A stretch of DNA of 63,394 bases, filler included, from Collodictyon triciliatum (Eukaryota): NCBI GenBank assembly GCA_043381765.1. It is 5 parts of 5 records of this genome, joined end to end, with 100 filler letters (N's around TTAATTAATTAA, not from the genome) between each part and the next. Parts side by side here need not be neighbours in the genome. Positions count along the whole stretch, not along the records: positions 37,874 to 59,303 come from JBHJMP010001334.1; positions 59,404 to 62,238 come from JBHJMP010001453.1; positions 62,339 to 63,394 come from JBHJMP010001510.1; 2 more parts are not named here. One strand, 5' to 3'. The notes under the pieces were generated by a model, which saw only the letters and a list, made by a program, of their open reading frames with translations, made no database searches and was not told where the DNA came from. Within the stretch, counting starts at the first letter, position 1. The number at the start of each line of letters is the position of its first letter. The position numbers and the translations under genes were made by a program. Shown here in pieces: positions 50,401-63,394 of the stretch.

Positions 50401-52658
50401 AATCACCCATCTGTTATTACGACTTTCGAGAAGATTGGACACATTCAATATGAAAAGAAAAGGTTAATTCTGTGACGGTATTTTATTTCCTTGGAAGACT
50501 ATCTTTTTATTTTTAAACACGCCCGAAACGTCGCTGTATATTCTATAAAGGACTACAATTTAATCAAAAATTCCAAAAAGGTACCAAAACGCTCTCCATG
50601 CATTCAAGAAGACACTAGATATTCGTAAGAGGACAATTGGCTTTAATCATCCTGAGACTGCTGCTTCATTTGAAAATATTGGAAGAACTAACTTCGTTCT
50701 CAAAAGGTACTACTTTTATTTGGATTATATTTGATTTTTAAACCAATTAATCCGATTACTGCTTCTTTGTACTCAATATTTACCACAGAGAGGACCAAGT
50801 GGGAGAATATTTCGAAGAAGCAGCCAAGATTCGCTACAAGACAAAAACATGGTCCTCTGTAAAGTGCCCAGTCCAATTGGTTCATATATCAGATATTCTG
50901 GAAAAGCAACAACTATTGTCTGCTGTTGTGATATATAGGTGGAGTTTGATAAAAATTCTAGTCCGAAAGGAGAATTTAGAAAGCTTATTGATTTGGAAGT
51001 TATGCATGAGGACTAATCGGATTATGACTCAGCTGAAGATGCACCAGGAGGCTATAGAATTTTGGGAAGAAATGAAAATCAAGTTTTTGGAAAATCTAGG
51101 CTGGACTCACCAAAGAGTTTTACAATCATGCAGGATACTCTCACATCACTCCAAAAATACAGGTGCCCAAAAAGCGCCAATTGAATTCATATCAGTGCAT
51201 GAATTTATCACAAAGAGTATCCCGGATATCGTCCTACCCACTGCGTTCAATGAAAAGACAGCTATTGATGGTCTATTTCAGGTGGTATATAGTTCGAGAC
51301 ATCAACAAATGAACGGTAATGAATCTGCGGCTGCGATTACACTTTTAAATTTTATGGGAGTTTCTTTTCAAAAGATGGATTTATCTCTCGTTCGAATAGC
51401 TCAGGCAAATCTGATTGACGCCAATATAAAAGAAGTAAATTTTTCTGGTGCAGACATGAAAGGAGTCAACCTAACGAACGCAGCTTTCGAGCAAAGCAAT
51501 TTCAGTGGTGCGCACATGAGTGCCTTAAAGTTAGGAATCCCACATAACGATTTGTGTTTCCACACGGGCCCAATAACATCCGTCTGTAGTCTTCGAGGAC
51601 CAGAAGGAGAATACTGGGTGGCATCTGCCAGCGAAGATGAAAGTGTTGTTGTTTCGGATTTGGCAACTGGTAACGTAATTAGAAAATTGCTAGGACACCA
51701 AGGTCATGTTACAGCTATTTGCAAAGTATATGGACCAAATGGAGAGACTTGGTTGGGTTCTGTTGGTGAGGATAAAACTGCAAGAATTTGGGACTATAAT
51801 ACCGGCGAAACAAAACGACTACTCGTTGGTCATAGCAGCGGCATAAACGGAGCATGCTTTACTATGGGACCCAAAGGGGAGCATCTACTTGCCACGGCAA
51901 GTACAGATAATACAATTATCTTATGGGACATAGCGACCGGCGAGCAGCATGCAGTTTTGCGCGGACATGACTGGAAGGTGTGGAATGTTTGTGCTGTGGA
52001 CGGTCCCAATGGCGAAAAATGGTTGGTCTCTGGAAGTGAAGACTACTCGGTTCGGCTCTGGGATTTAAAGACAAAAAAGAACATAAAAGTTTTCAAGGGT
52101 CATCGGAGCGACACAATAAGTGTTAGTGCCACCACAAGTGTTAATGGAGAAATCCTGGTAGCCGCTGCAAGCTATGATGGAACTGTCACTGTATGGGATG
52201 TAAATAGTGGAGAGAAGACTTCGGAAATCAACCCTGGTATTGGATGTTTAAGTTACATTCACGCTTTTGAAGGAAAAAGTGGAGAACGCCTTCTCCTTAT
52301 CATCGGGGAGGACAACTTTGTCCACGTATGGGACATCCAATATGGCACCGAAATAGGGTTCTTTTCTCAGCACCAACGCCAAGTATACACGGGGGCGTTT
52401 ATGAAGGGACCAAATGATGATATCTGGATTCTGTCAGGAGGCGAAGATAGGCATATCCGTGTATGGGAACTTTCTGCTGAATGTTTGAGATATTGGCTCA
52501 ACGAGGAGGTTGAAGGATTTATCGATGCCAAAGAGCCTCTTGAATCCAAAACTTATGACCAAAGCTCGCTCAAGCAGTCAAATACGGTATTGACAAATGT
52601 TCAGAAGCTTAGTGTATTCAATCGCGCCTATCTTTCTTCAATAGGGGCTGTTGAATAG
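44493..52658 (+). CDS. NLR/STAND-like protein: DUF4062 - NACHT-like NTPase - TPR - pentapeptide repeats - WD40; 5' end unresolved
   Basis: IRVFLSSTFRDMQKER, FIDLRWG, LGARYGWVP (DUF4062, NPHP3/TEP1-like); Walker A AESGIGKSS; Walker B IFLVDAINQL; GHPLYL. Kinesin-light-chain-type TPRs (DIRKRTIGFNHPETAASF). Last exon 50789-52658 has ANLIDANIKEVNFSGADM repeats and about 7 GH..WD repeats. Confidence 0.88.
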
Positions 52659-54143
52659 AGAACAGAGCATGAGCGAAACATAACATGAACGGATTAAGTG
52701 GGTCAAAAACATGCCACACTTTTAGTCCTTGAGCAAATATAAAATCAAAAAAAAAAATTAAACAAACCTGAAATGACATATGTTTTGTGATAGACAAAGT
52801 CTCCCGATGTCATTTTGTCTGACCGCTACTCCAGAGCATATTATAGCGCCCTTCTAGATGTAAACCCCGAGAGTTGCTTTGATGTCGGAGAGTTAGAACA
52901 ACAGAGTGGGATTCTTTTTTCATTATTGTGTAGTCCAAGAATTGATATGGAAAAGCCTTCGATTTGTTGGGGTTGCGCTCTCATGCTGTGATTGAATAAT
53001 TTTTACGAAGTCTTTTGTGGGGTTTGAACGATGCCTTGAGAAAAATTGTATCCAGTGGGGGCTATGCATGGTGGGCAGTTATTTATTGTTGCTTTAAGAT
53101 ATATCACATCCAAATTGGTTTGATAAATCGAGTTTAATGTCATATTAACTGCCGTGTTTATATTATATTACTTTTTGTTTGTTTTGTTTTGTTTTGTTTT
53201 ATTTATTTTCCTTTCATTTTCTCATTTTCTCATTTTCTCATTTTTTCTTCTTTTCTTTTCTTTTTCTTTTTCCTTTCTTTTTCTCTTTTTTTCTTTTTTT
53301 CTTCTTTTCCTTTTCCTTTTCCTTTTCCTTTTCCTTTTCCTTTTCCTTTTCCTTTTCCTTTTCCTTTTCCTTTTCCTTTTCCTTTTCCTTTTCCTTTTCT
53401 TTTCATTTTCATCTTTTTCATTTGTTTCCTTTTCAACTTCTTTTTCGCCGCTGCTCAAGGAATAGACTAGGAGATGCTTTTCTGGAAGTCATTAATTATT
53501 TTTTGGAAACAAATTGTTGATGTGCTCGCCGGTTAGTTCACATCTTGTTATACTCCAGAGCATAAATTATTGGAAATTAAGTCTGCACACTTTCAGAAAA
53601 AACTATGGGCCGATAGAAATGCATTCAACAGATGAGCAATAAGACATTGTGCTTTTCTACATTTTTAATGTATTTTTTTTCTTTAGCCACTGATGTTAGC
53701 GGAGACAGAGTAACAACTGGTCGGTTTCTCATCCAACCCAGCATCGCATTGATTTTGCTCATGGCTAGAAATCATCCAGTCTGCATATATCAGGCCATTT
53801 TTTTTCTTCTCCAGTACCTGGGCTCTTCTTCAATGCTCATTGCATGGAATAATACGAACTTACAATATTGTTTGCTGAGGTGCTTAGCAACTGTTCTTTA
53901 AACTCAGGATACCACCAGCATCTTTTGCATATCATCGTTTGCTGGACTAATGCTGAATCGTGCAACAGAAGGTTCGCTTTTGGGGGTTCGAGCAAAATGC
54001 ATTTTCAAGAACGCGTTCCTTTTCAAAAGCAAGCACTTCTTTTTCCTTTTCTTGACCCTTTTTCTTATTCTGTTTTTTTACTCCCGTTTTTCCTTCTTCA
54101 ACGAGAGGCACAAAGTCCACCTGACCTGATTGCCACTCCGTTC

Positions 54144-56025
54144 ATGTGGGTTCACCTCTCGGCAAATAGCAAAGGATCCTACAAGCCAGTTCCGGACATG
54201 CTTGCAGATGAGGAGGCTCCTTTCATAAAAGAGGAGTTCGAGTATGCATTTTTTACATATTTGATTTCATGTATCTTTGTAATTTTGTTTTCTTTTTCTT
54301 GATTTTATTTGCTATTTATTTGATTGCCAATTATCTTTTTGTTATTCTTTTAAATGTGCTTACATTGGGAATACTTACTCATACCTTTTTGTTTGTGTGT
54401 GATTTTGTGTGATTGTGTGTGAACTATACCAGGGTCTCGAAGCCACGAAAAGAGCCTTGGGTCTGCTTCTACTTCATTTATATGCAGATCGCATTTCGTT
54501 ATTTTCATTCCAAAAGATAAAATATTTTATTATCAATTTTGTCATTTATCCATTTATTTATCCATTTATTTATCCATTTATTTATCCATTTATTATTTAA
54601 TTATTTAATTATTTATTTATCCATTATTTATCCATTATTTATTTATTTCTCCATTTATTTCTCCATTTATTTATTTATTTATTTATTTATTTATTCATTC
54701 ATTCATTTATTCATTTATTCATTTATTCATTTATTCATTTATTCATTTATTCATTTATTCATTTATTCATTTATTCATTTATTCATTTATTCATTTATTT
54801 ATTTATTCCGTCAAAATCGTATGCTGCTTGTGAGACTTGCGCATGAAATGTGCAGACATCCAATTTTCTCTCCAATGCCAGCACCATTACTATAATGATT
54901 ATGACTCAAAAAGACTGTGTACAGCTATCGAAGAACTACAGAGTAGTGCTGTTTTTTGTGGGAGTTGTTCTTGTTTCAGCAGTTGCAGCCTTTGTTTTCC
55001 TTGAAGATGGTTTGTTGAGCAAGAAAAACATGCTGTGTCAGATGAAATCGATCCAGAATGCATTTACACGCACAAAAGATATATATATATAATGAAATAA
55101 AATTACGCATTCTCATTTATGATTTTCAGCTGGCGGCAACAAAGTCAGCGATTCGTCTGGTGCATCATTTTACGCCAATGGCGCCGTTGCTGCTGGTATG
55201 AAGCGAACACAACAGAGAATTACATTCATCAAATTACAGCCCGCACACCAATAAAAAAAAAAAAAAAAAAAAAGTAAAACAATAGCTTGTTTTCTAAAGC
55301 AATCGCCTATTTCTCACGTTCAGATCAGCCAACTTGCAGCAAAATGGGTGCCGATATTCTTCGAAAAGGCGGGAATGCGGTCGATGCGGTTGTTACCACG
55401 TCCCTGTGTCTTGGTTTGTTGAGTCCTTTTGCATCTGGAATTGGTGGAGGCGGATTCATGATGTGAGGAGAGCACCATCTCGCAATTTAGCTTATATACC
55501 AGCTAACTACCCTTGTTTGTTTTCAAGTGGTCCAATTAATTCTGGTTTAAATGGTTCATTATACATATATTGCTATCAACCGTGAAATCATACTTCTCAG
55601 CATCCATACACCGAACAACACCCAAGAAGTCATTGATTACCGAGAAATCGCTCCATTCAACTCATCCCGAGAAATGTTTTTCAAGCCATCTGGTTATTCA
55701 AGCACAGAAGGTCTGAGTCATCGCGCATGTGTTCATTCTTGACTTTGGAATGAATTATCTCGACGATGAATATTCGAAATGCATTCTATGCGACATAAAT
55801 TATTCTTTACAGAAGAAGCAGAGTCAATAATTTTATCGAGGTTTTTATGGTTGATTTCAGGCGGTCGTGCAGTTGCTGTCCCATCAGAGCTTCGTGGATT
55901 GGAGTTGGCCTTCAAGCGATTTGGAAGTCGCCGTGTCTCATGGAGTGATTTGGTTAGTTGTTTGAAATCTATAATTATTTTCCTCCTTCTAGGGAAATTC
56001 GAATTCACTTCTTTATCAAAGTAAA

Positions 56026-56080
<55 letters not shown>

Positions 56081-58888
56081 GCACGAACAGGATGTTCATT
56101 ACCTTGAAGTAATTTATTATTATTATATTTTTTTTTAAAAAAAAAAAGGTTTTACCTGTAGCCTCTGTTGCCAGGGATGGGTTTGTGATTACCGAAATTT
56201 TTGAGAAGAGGCTCAACGAAACGGCGGACAAGATAAAGAACTGGCCTAAGCTATACTCTGTACTCGCTCCAAACGGGTATATATTTTAATTGGATTATTG
56301 CTGGATATTGCGGTTTGAGGCGGACAAAATCATTCGTTTTCTATTTTGGCAAGCTACTGGACATGACCAAGTGACACATTGCAGGGTATTTTTGAAGGAA
56401 GGTGATATTCTCAAAAGACCGGACTTGGCTGAAGTATATGAGAAAGTTGCAGCTGAAGGAGCGGAAGCATTCTATTCGGTAAGAGGTTAAATCATTTTGT
56501 CGATTTTGTTCGTTAAACCTCCTATTTTCCCCATTTTCATTTTTCTCATTTTTAATGCCACGGTCAGCTTGTGAAAACAACGCCTATTACTTGGTGACTG
56601 CATTTAACATGACTGAAAAAGTTGCAATGAATTGGATAGGGGGACATCGCAGGCGACATTCTTGAGGCTGTAAACCAAAATAGTGGGAATATGACCCAAG
56701 TTGACCTTGACGCAGCTATTCCCGTGGTCAGTAGGATTAATTAAGCCCAGAGCTAAAGCATTTTTTTTTTATCAAAAAATCATGTTTGGACTAAAAGAAT
56801 AGATAATAAAATGAATGGTTTTAAATTTTATGAAAAAAAACATCGGTAATATTCTTATTCAATACATAAATAATGATGATAATAAAACAGATTCGAGAGC
56901 CTTTGATTTCAAACTACCGTGGACTCCAGATTCTCGGCATTCCACCCCCTTCCTCTGGTGATTTTGAATACAAACTCATACTACTGGAACAAGGGCAAAT
57001 ATATATTTCTGACTCTCAGACAAATATCCCGTCGCCATTTATGTACATATCTTGTAATTTTGGATTGTTTGTCTTAGGCGGAGTCGGAGTGGGATTTATG
57101 TTATCCGTTCTTGACAAATTTGATTTTAAGACAAGTGGGATGAATGGAGAAAATGTTCATCGCGTGGTGGAGTCGATGAAATTTTCCTTTGCGCAACGAA
57201 CGCAGCTTGTTTGGTTTTGAATAGCTCGAAAAAATATTAAAATATGCCTCATACCCGAAACTGCACTCTCATTCATCGAACCTCTGATTACAATACAATA
57301 TATACATCTATCCATCCACTATTATCAAGAGAGAGAGAGAAAAATGCACAGCCTAAAAGCTAATGCTACATACATACATACATACATACATACATACATA
57401 CATACATACATACATACATACATACATACATACATACATACATACATACATACATACATACATACATACATACATACATACATACATACATACATACATA
57501 CATTTTTTGAATATTAGGGTGACCCAAAGTATGTCCCCAGTGCGCTTGACGTTGTTCGTCGCCTTTTCTCTGAATCATATCAAGATGCTGTATTCAAAAA
57601 CATCACCGTATGGATAATCATAATCTTCATGCTCCATCTCTTTCCCATCACTTGTTGACTGGAAACTGGGACATGCTCCTTACAATTCAACATACACAAC
57701 CCAGATTTGCTGCTCATGATTGTTGTGCGTTCTAATCACCCCTCAGGAAAACACCCATGAACCGGAGTACTATGTCTATGAGCCGATTCAGTTTGCACGT
57801 GACCACGGCACAACACATATTAGCATTGTGGACAAAGAACGAATGGCGGTTTCTTGTACATCGACCGTATGACTCGAATCAAAAGCAAAGTCAAAGTTTA
57901 TACGCACATATGTCTGGGAATCACAAAGATGTCGCCTACATCAAACGCTTTATTCGATGATTTTTTCTTTGTAATAATCGTTGGTATGATAGATCAATCT
58001 GACGTTCGGCTCCAAGTTGATGACCAATCGCTACGGAATTCTCTTGAACAACCAAATGGACGATTTCTCAGTTCAAGACACAAACTCTTTCGGCCTTCCT
58101 TTCAGCGAGAGCAATGCAGTTGGTACGATTCCAGTTAGTTACCCTTGACACCAGCTTCCTCTATGACCAAATTCACATTATGATTTAAGGTCTTATTTCC
58201 ATCTTTTGGTTGGACAGTTTTTGTACTAACCAGAAAACCGACCTATGAACATCACACTGGCTAATCAGCCCCACACAAGAAACCACTCTCATCCATGTCT
58301 CCCACCATCATTCTGGATTCTAATGACAAGCTGTACGTGTCTGTTGGGGCGTCGGGTGGCCCCCGCATCATATCCTCGCTCGTCAATGCCATCCTGAACA
58401 TTCTTGACTACAAAATGGATGTTTTGGCGTGCGTGTCTGTTCCTCGATTCCATCACCAATGGGTGCCAAATATGCTCCTTGTCGAGCGCGGATTTGAAAA
58501 AGCCTTGCTGGAAAACCTACGAAATCGCGGGCATCAGGTTCTTTGCACTCAATTACGAATGCAGCACTGGATGACCCCTTTTTTCTATCTTCCTTTTTAT
58601 TCTTGATTTGTTTGTTTGTTTGTTTGTTTGTTTGTTTGTTTGTTTGTTTGTTTGTTTGTTTGTTTGTTTGTTTGTTTGTTTTTACCAGATATTAATCAGC
58701 TGTGTTGTAAGCTTCTTGTTATTGCTGCGATATAACTTTGCCGTTGATTTTTGTTACTTCAGATTGACATCGCGGATTATCTGCCCGACGGCCACACACT
58801 CGGGAATGTCCAGGTCATACTGAACAAGGGTGCGGGTCTTTATGCCGCAAGTGACCCACGAAAGAACGGATTACCTGATGGGTACTGA
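54144..58888 (+). CDS. GGT: Gamma-glutamyltranspeptidase (type II membrane-anchored), multi-exon; start approximate
   Basis: GGNAVDAVVTTSLCLGLLSPFASGIGGGGFM, IDYREIAP, GIPPPSSGG, catalytic HGTTHISIVD, LLNNQMDDFS, KPLSSMSPTI, GASGGPRII, PRFHHQW, ASDPRKNG..GY-TGA. N-terminal TM segment VVLFFVGVVLVSAVAAFVFL. Confidence 0.95.
57368..57503. repeat. Intronic (TACA)n
   Basis: Directly visible. Confidence 0.95.
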
Positions 58889-59403
58889 AGAAGAAAAAGG
58901 AGAGAAGAAAGAAAGATAAGGCCTTTCTAGGAGAGGACTTTCCATGCAGGAGTGAAAGGGGATTGAAAAAATAAAGTTCCAATTTAGACAAGCAGTTCAT
59001 GAAAGGAGAGAGTACGGAACATCGTCCTGTGGAATCGACATTTCTGGAAAATATGGGCATATCCGGTTTTCTGTCAAAATGGAAGTACAAACAAGTCACA
59101 ATATTGCACCATATTTACTTGTAAATGTATAATGATGACATCATCCAATACTGTACTCTTTGGCTTGTTACAAACCCTGTATTGTCCATGCTATGTCAAA
59201 TCAGTGAAGTGTGCTTGCGCAAAACGAAAAAAAAACCAAAAAAACCAAAAAAACCAAAAAAACCAAAAAAACCAAAAAAACCAAAAAAACCAAAAAAACC
59301 AAANNNNNNNNNNNNNNNNNNNNNNNNNNNNNNNNNNNNNNNNNNNNTTAATTAATTAANNNNNNNNNNNNNNNNNNNNNNNNNNNNNNNNNNNNNNNNN
59401 NNN

Positions 59404-59448
<45 letters not shown>

Positions 59449-60234
59449 TTTTTATTTTTTTGTTTTTTGTTTTTTGTTTTTTATTTTTTATTTTTTATTT
59501 CTTATTTTTCAAAAGAAATCAAGAGTTGCCAGAGATATGTAACACTTGTCTCCACCAGAATAACTGGCAGGCTCTGTCCTCCTCCTCCTCCTCCTCCTCC
59601 TCCTTCTCGACCCGAAGGGAACGAAGCCAGTTTAGGCGAGAAAGAAAACCCCACTTCGACGATTAACTTACAGTTTGTCGGAGGGACGCAGAGCTGAGCA
59701 GAGTACGGAAGACAGACATGTTGATGGAGATGGCCTCGGCTAGTGTATACTTGATTTAGTCGCCAAGTTCAGAAGGCCACCAAGAAAGCCGCTGCGCCAA
59801 GTTGGGCTCTGGTTTGCAGATTGGATTTGATGTGGTTTTTGATCAATGATAGCTCTTGTTAAATTCCACTTTTGACCATATTCATTGAATGTTGTGCTCC
59901 GCCTGACCCAATCACAGACAAGATCAAGGCAGCACCAAACAACGCGGCGAGGCTGCGCTGTGCAGGAACTCTCAGCAGTGTGTGCTGGAGAAGGAGGTGA
60001 AGGTGAAAAGACTGTTGGTTCATAGAAGATTAACAATATTGGGATGGTTCTCGACTGGGTTGTGCAATTATTGAGGCGCATAAGATACGAGGCCATGACT
60101 CAGTGTTGCGTTTATTTTCACAGTTTGTTATTGTTCACCCCACAGATCCTTGGCAGTTTTTGCTACCCTGGCAAAGAGAAAGGGGCGAGGAGAAAAGGTA
60201 TTTTCTTGTTGTGGTGGTTATTCTAGAGGGCAGC

Positions 60235-60528
60235 TTATTTCTTGTTTATGTTTCTCTCATAAGCGCGGTACTTGACTTCATTGAGAATGGACGGCTTCTT
60301 TGGCGGCTCCTGAAGGACTTTGAGCTGTTTTGTACGGGATAGAAAAAGTCAGATATCACCGGTTTCTATGAATTGGTAAGGAGAGTTAGGCAGTACGTAT
60401 TTCTTTATGGCTGGCTCGACGGTCTTGTGGACGCTCCACGCAGCTCTTTGGAAGGCTTGGCTGTTTGAAAGCTTCTCCACGATGAAGGCAGAGAAGTACT
60501 GATCAAAGATTCTGCGGAAGAAGGACAT
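60235..60528 (-). CDS. Small two-exon protein, Mrx7/NCBP2-AS2-like
   Basis: MSFFRRIFDQYFSAFIVEKLSNSQAFQRAAWSVHKTVEPAIKKY, GT..AG intron, LKVLQEPPKKPSILNEVKYRAYERNINKK*. The IVEKLSNS-x-AFQR motif recalls this family. Confidence 0.55.
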
Positions 60529-61420
60529 TTCTTGTATGCTTGTAGAGAGGGTCGCTTGTCTTGTGAAGGAATAGAGCAAGAGTCAATCGGCTTTGTCTGT
60601 GGTGATAGCCTTGGAGGAGGGCGCCTTGTGCTCCACAGTGATTTGGCTTTGTGAAAGAATCAGATCACGGTTTATCACGGCCGGAAAAAGGTTTGTGGGC
60701 ACTGATTTCTGTGTTTAGATCAGATCTAAAGTGCGACACTAAGATGATTTCTCGGAAGATACAATTGTATCAATTAATAAATATATATGATGGCAATTTC
60801 AACATATATTAGTGATTTATAGTTTTAATAATGATAATTTAGTCTATTTTCATTTAATTTCCAAATCTATACATACTAAATATAAACATTACTTTAATAT
60901 AAAATGCAAGAAATGCTACAATAAATACTTAACATATCTATATACATTGTGCAAAAGATTTATGCATATAAGTTCCACATATAAAACAGACACACGTGCA
61001 GCGCCTGTCGCACAAAATGATTCCTTCGTTTTCCGGTTGTGTTTTCCCTTGTAAACTTCCGCAATGCAAACTCGGCGCTCGTGCACATGCAAACAAGCAA
61101 GCAAGCAAACAAACAAGCAAGCAAGCAAGCAAACAAGCAAGCAAACAAGCAAGCAAACAAGCAAGCAAGCAAGCAAGCAAGCAAACAAACAAGCAAACAA
61201 ACAAAAGGGATAAAAAGCAGCTCGTGACTAATCAATCAAAAGCGCGTGCAACCAACGCACACATCACCCCGACACACAAACACACATGATATATACAGCA
61301 AACATAGCAGATCAACACAAGTGGCACAAGCGGCCTAACAAACAGCATGAGCCGACTCTGGTACAATTGATCCGATTCTTAATCGAATAAAGAAAAACAG
61401 AATACAGATACACAGAAAGG

Positions 61421-61992
61421 ATGGAGCACGGAGCCTCAGGAATTTTCACTGACGAAGTCGATAACTTCATCCACACAGACGCCGCAAGCCTCGTATGCGC
61501 TTACTTTTAATACTTTTGTTTTTTATTGACTGTATTGTCTTTTTCCAGAGCGAAATCGCTTTTCGACTGAATACAACGCGTCATAATAATTTTGAAACCT
61601 TGGACCACTCTGTCTTTTCCGTCTTGTTCTCACACCTTATTCGCTGTTTTCTTTTATTTTTGTCTGCAATGTCTTCATCGTATCCTCCATCGCTGACTTT
61701 TTCCCTCTCCTTCTCAAAGTTTACAAAGACGTCCCACCTTCCATGTTCTTATATCGTTCGCGTGTTGCGTAAATAAACGCCCTCCCCTGGAAGCAATTCA
61801 AATACTACTACTACCACCACCACCACTAATCAAAATGGTACAACTTCTTTTCATAAATAGGCACAACGCTTCCAGGAAACATGGCATGAAGTCAGTGCAG
61901 AGATCAAGAAGCCAAACGTGCTGCTGATGGGCGTGACTGGCGCCGGGAAAAGCTCTGTTGTGAATGCGGTCTTTGGCGCTCAGCTTGCCGTG
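61421..61992 (+). CDS. P-loop GTPase (MMR_HSR1/AIG1-like G domain), first two exons only
   Basis: MEHGASGIFTDEVDNFIHTDAASL / AQRFQETWHEVSAEIKKPNVLLMGVTGAGKSSVVNAVFGAQLAV; G1 motif GxxGxGKS. Confidence 0.75.
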
Positions 61993-62438
61993 GTACGCGG
62001 GCCATGAATCATAATCTGTTCCGCAGTATACATAAGCCCACAACTTCATCGACACATAATGAACAAACGCCATACATGAAGTTGAAAACAACGACCAATC
62101 TGCATTACAGTTGTCCATGATTACTTGTACACTACTTTTTTTTTTGCTTTTTTTTTTTTTTTTTTTTTTATTTTTTATTTTTTATTTATTTTTTGGTAAA
62201 ATATTTTTTTTTTTTTATATATTTTTTTTTCATTAAACNNNNNNNNNNNNNNNNNNNNNNNNNNNNNNNNNNNNNNNNNNNNTTAATTAATTAANNNNNN
62301 NNNNNNNNNNNNNNNNNNNNNNNNNNNNNNNNNNNNNNTTTTTGTTGAAGAAAAGATAGGCCATACATTATTAAATTGAAAAAAGTTACAATTTTAATTG
62401 AACAAAGTACAAAGCAATCACCCATAACTGCCCTGTAG

Positions 62439-62769
62439 ATATCGATGCACGTTGAAGACTCGCTCGCAGAGATAGTGTCTCGTGCGAAGCTTCTCTCCGA
62501 GTATCTAAACATTTATCCTATGAACCGTAATGTCCCTATATCGCGGTTGGCTGAAGCTCTCAGGTGACAATTTAAGTCGCTTCATGTTTAAGATTCCCTT
62601 GTTGGTTGCAGCATCGGCCATTTAGTGGGTAGAGGCCAAATGAATGTGAGAACATATCTTACAATCACCATTAATTCATAGCCTGAAGACTCGAGATATG
62701 AATCTGTACCTCTCCGTCGCCCGGCACGCACACTTCATTATCCCCATCACACTTGATACCATCAACTAA
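62439..62769 (+). CDS. Last two exons of an unidentified gene (possibly the GTPase C-terminus)
   Basis: AG|ISMHVEDSLAEIVSRAKLLSEYL..LAEAL|GT..AG|LKTRDMNLYLSVARHAHFIIPITLDTIN*. Confidence 0.35.
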
Positions 62770-63394
62770 AATAAAATAAAAATAAACAAGATTCGAAGCG
62801 AACTAAATGAATCTCGCACCGCACAATATTTCCCATCCCTCTGGAAATGTAGCAATTATAGTTTGAGAGGAGTCCTTTAACTACATTGCTCAGACCAAGG
62901 GCACTACACGTTCTATCTTCTTTGGATAAGCAGAAACATAGTGTAATCTTGAATGCCGGGGATTGTGAATCGTTTTATTTATTTGTTCGTTCGATCGTTC
63001 GTTCCCTCCCTCCCGTTCTCCTTGAAGATAAAGTAAATCAGTAGCTTAGGCATCGGCCAAGGAGACAACCAAGAGGTCGGTTGAGAGAATCTGCAGACGA
63101 TAACCCCATCGTACCACAAAGTAAAGTAAGGTTTAAAATCGCTTAAGATGCAAGGGTGGGTGAGTTGTGGTGGGATAAATAGATATAGTATCATCAAGTG
63201 CATATAGGCTAACAGCGTACGTGTGTGTCGAAAAAATCTCCGATTTTTGTCTCTTCTAACGTGTCCTTCAGCTGGCTTTTGGCCTCGGAAACCTTTGCAA
63301 GAATGATTTACTTATGATATTACAAAAAAAAAAAAAAAAAAAAAAAAAAACGGTTTATTAAAAGCCCAGGGGAAAAAAAAAAAATAGGGGGGAA

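Noticed and set aside
52790-53990. Exact 14-mer TACTCCAGAGCATA at 52827 and 53551 with nearby stems (possible H/ACA snoRNAs), or a weak minus-strand gene
   Set aside because: Contains an ANANNA box, but the hairpins and exon chain are not convincing by eye; needs Infernal/snoRNA search or RNA-seq.
59460-60226. Short ORFs after the third linker
   Set aside because: No recognisable motifs or consistent exon chain.

Overview
AT-rich, intron-dense eukaryotic draft scaffold. The gene content and microsatellite-filled introns suggest an amoebozoan protist (inference). Most ORF-track entries are single exons or repeat noise. Host genes assembled by eye from exons, in order: an SH3-SH3-MyTH4-FERM myosin (+); a kelch/Cys-rich protein (-); an ankyrin protein (+); an ankyrin fused to a degenerate CCA/poly(A)-polymerase-like domain (-); a C2-RasGAP-3xLIM protein (+); a CH-DH-PH RhoGEF (+); a DUF4062-NACHT-like-TPR-pentapeptide-WD40 protein (+); gamma-glutamyltranspeptidase (+); a small Mrx7/NCBP2-AS2-like gene (-); and a partial P-loop GTPase (+). 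The stand-out is an intron-free block at about 37874-44440 that looks like a decaying endogenous Polinton-like (PLV/virophage-type) virus. It carries a double-jelly-roll major capsid gene split by one in-frame TAA and an unannotated 51-aa membrane ORF with an RSSCCG motif. It also has degraded coiled-coil/acidic ORFs, a Mimivirus-type early promoter (AAAATTGA) and a perfect 18-bp AT-rich hairpin at the apparent host junction. Four 100-bp N44-TTAATTAATTAA-N44 linkers are artificial joins, so adjacency across them is unproven. Family calls rest on motif recognition only; no searches were run.
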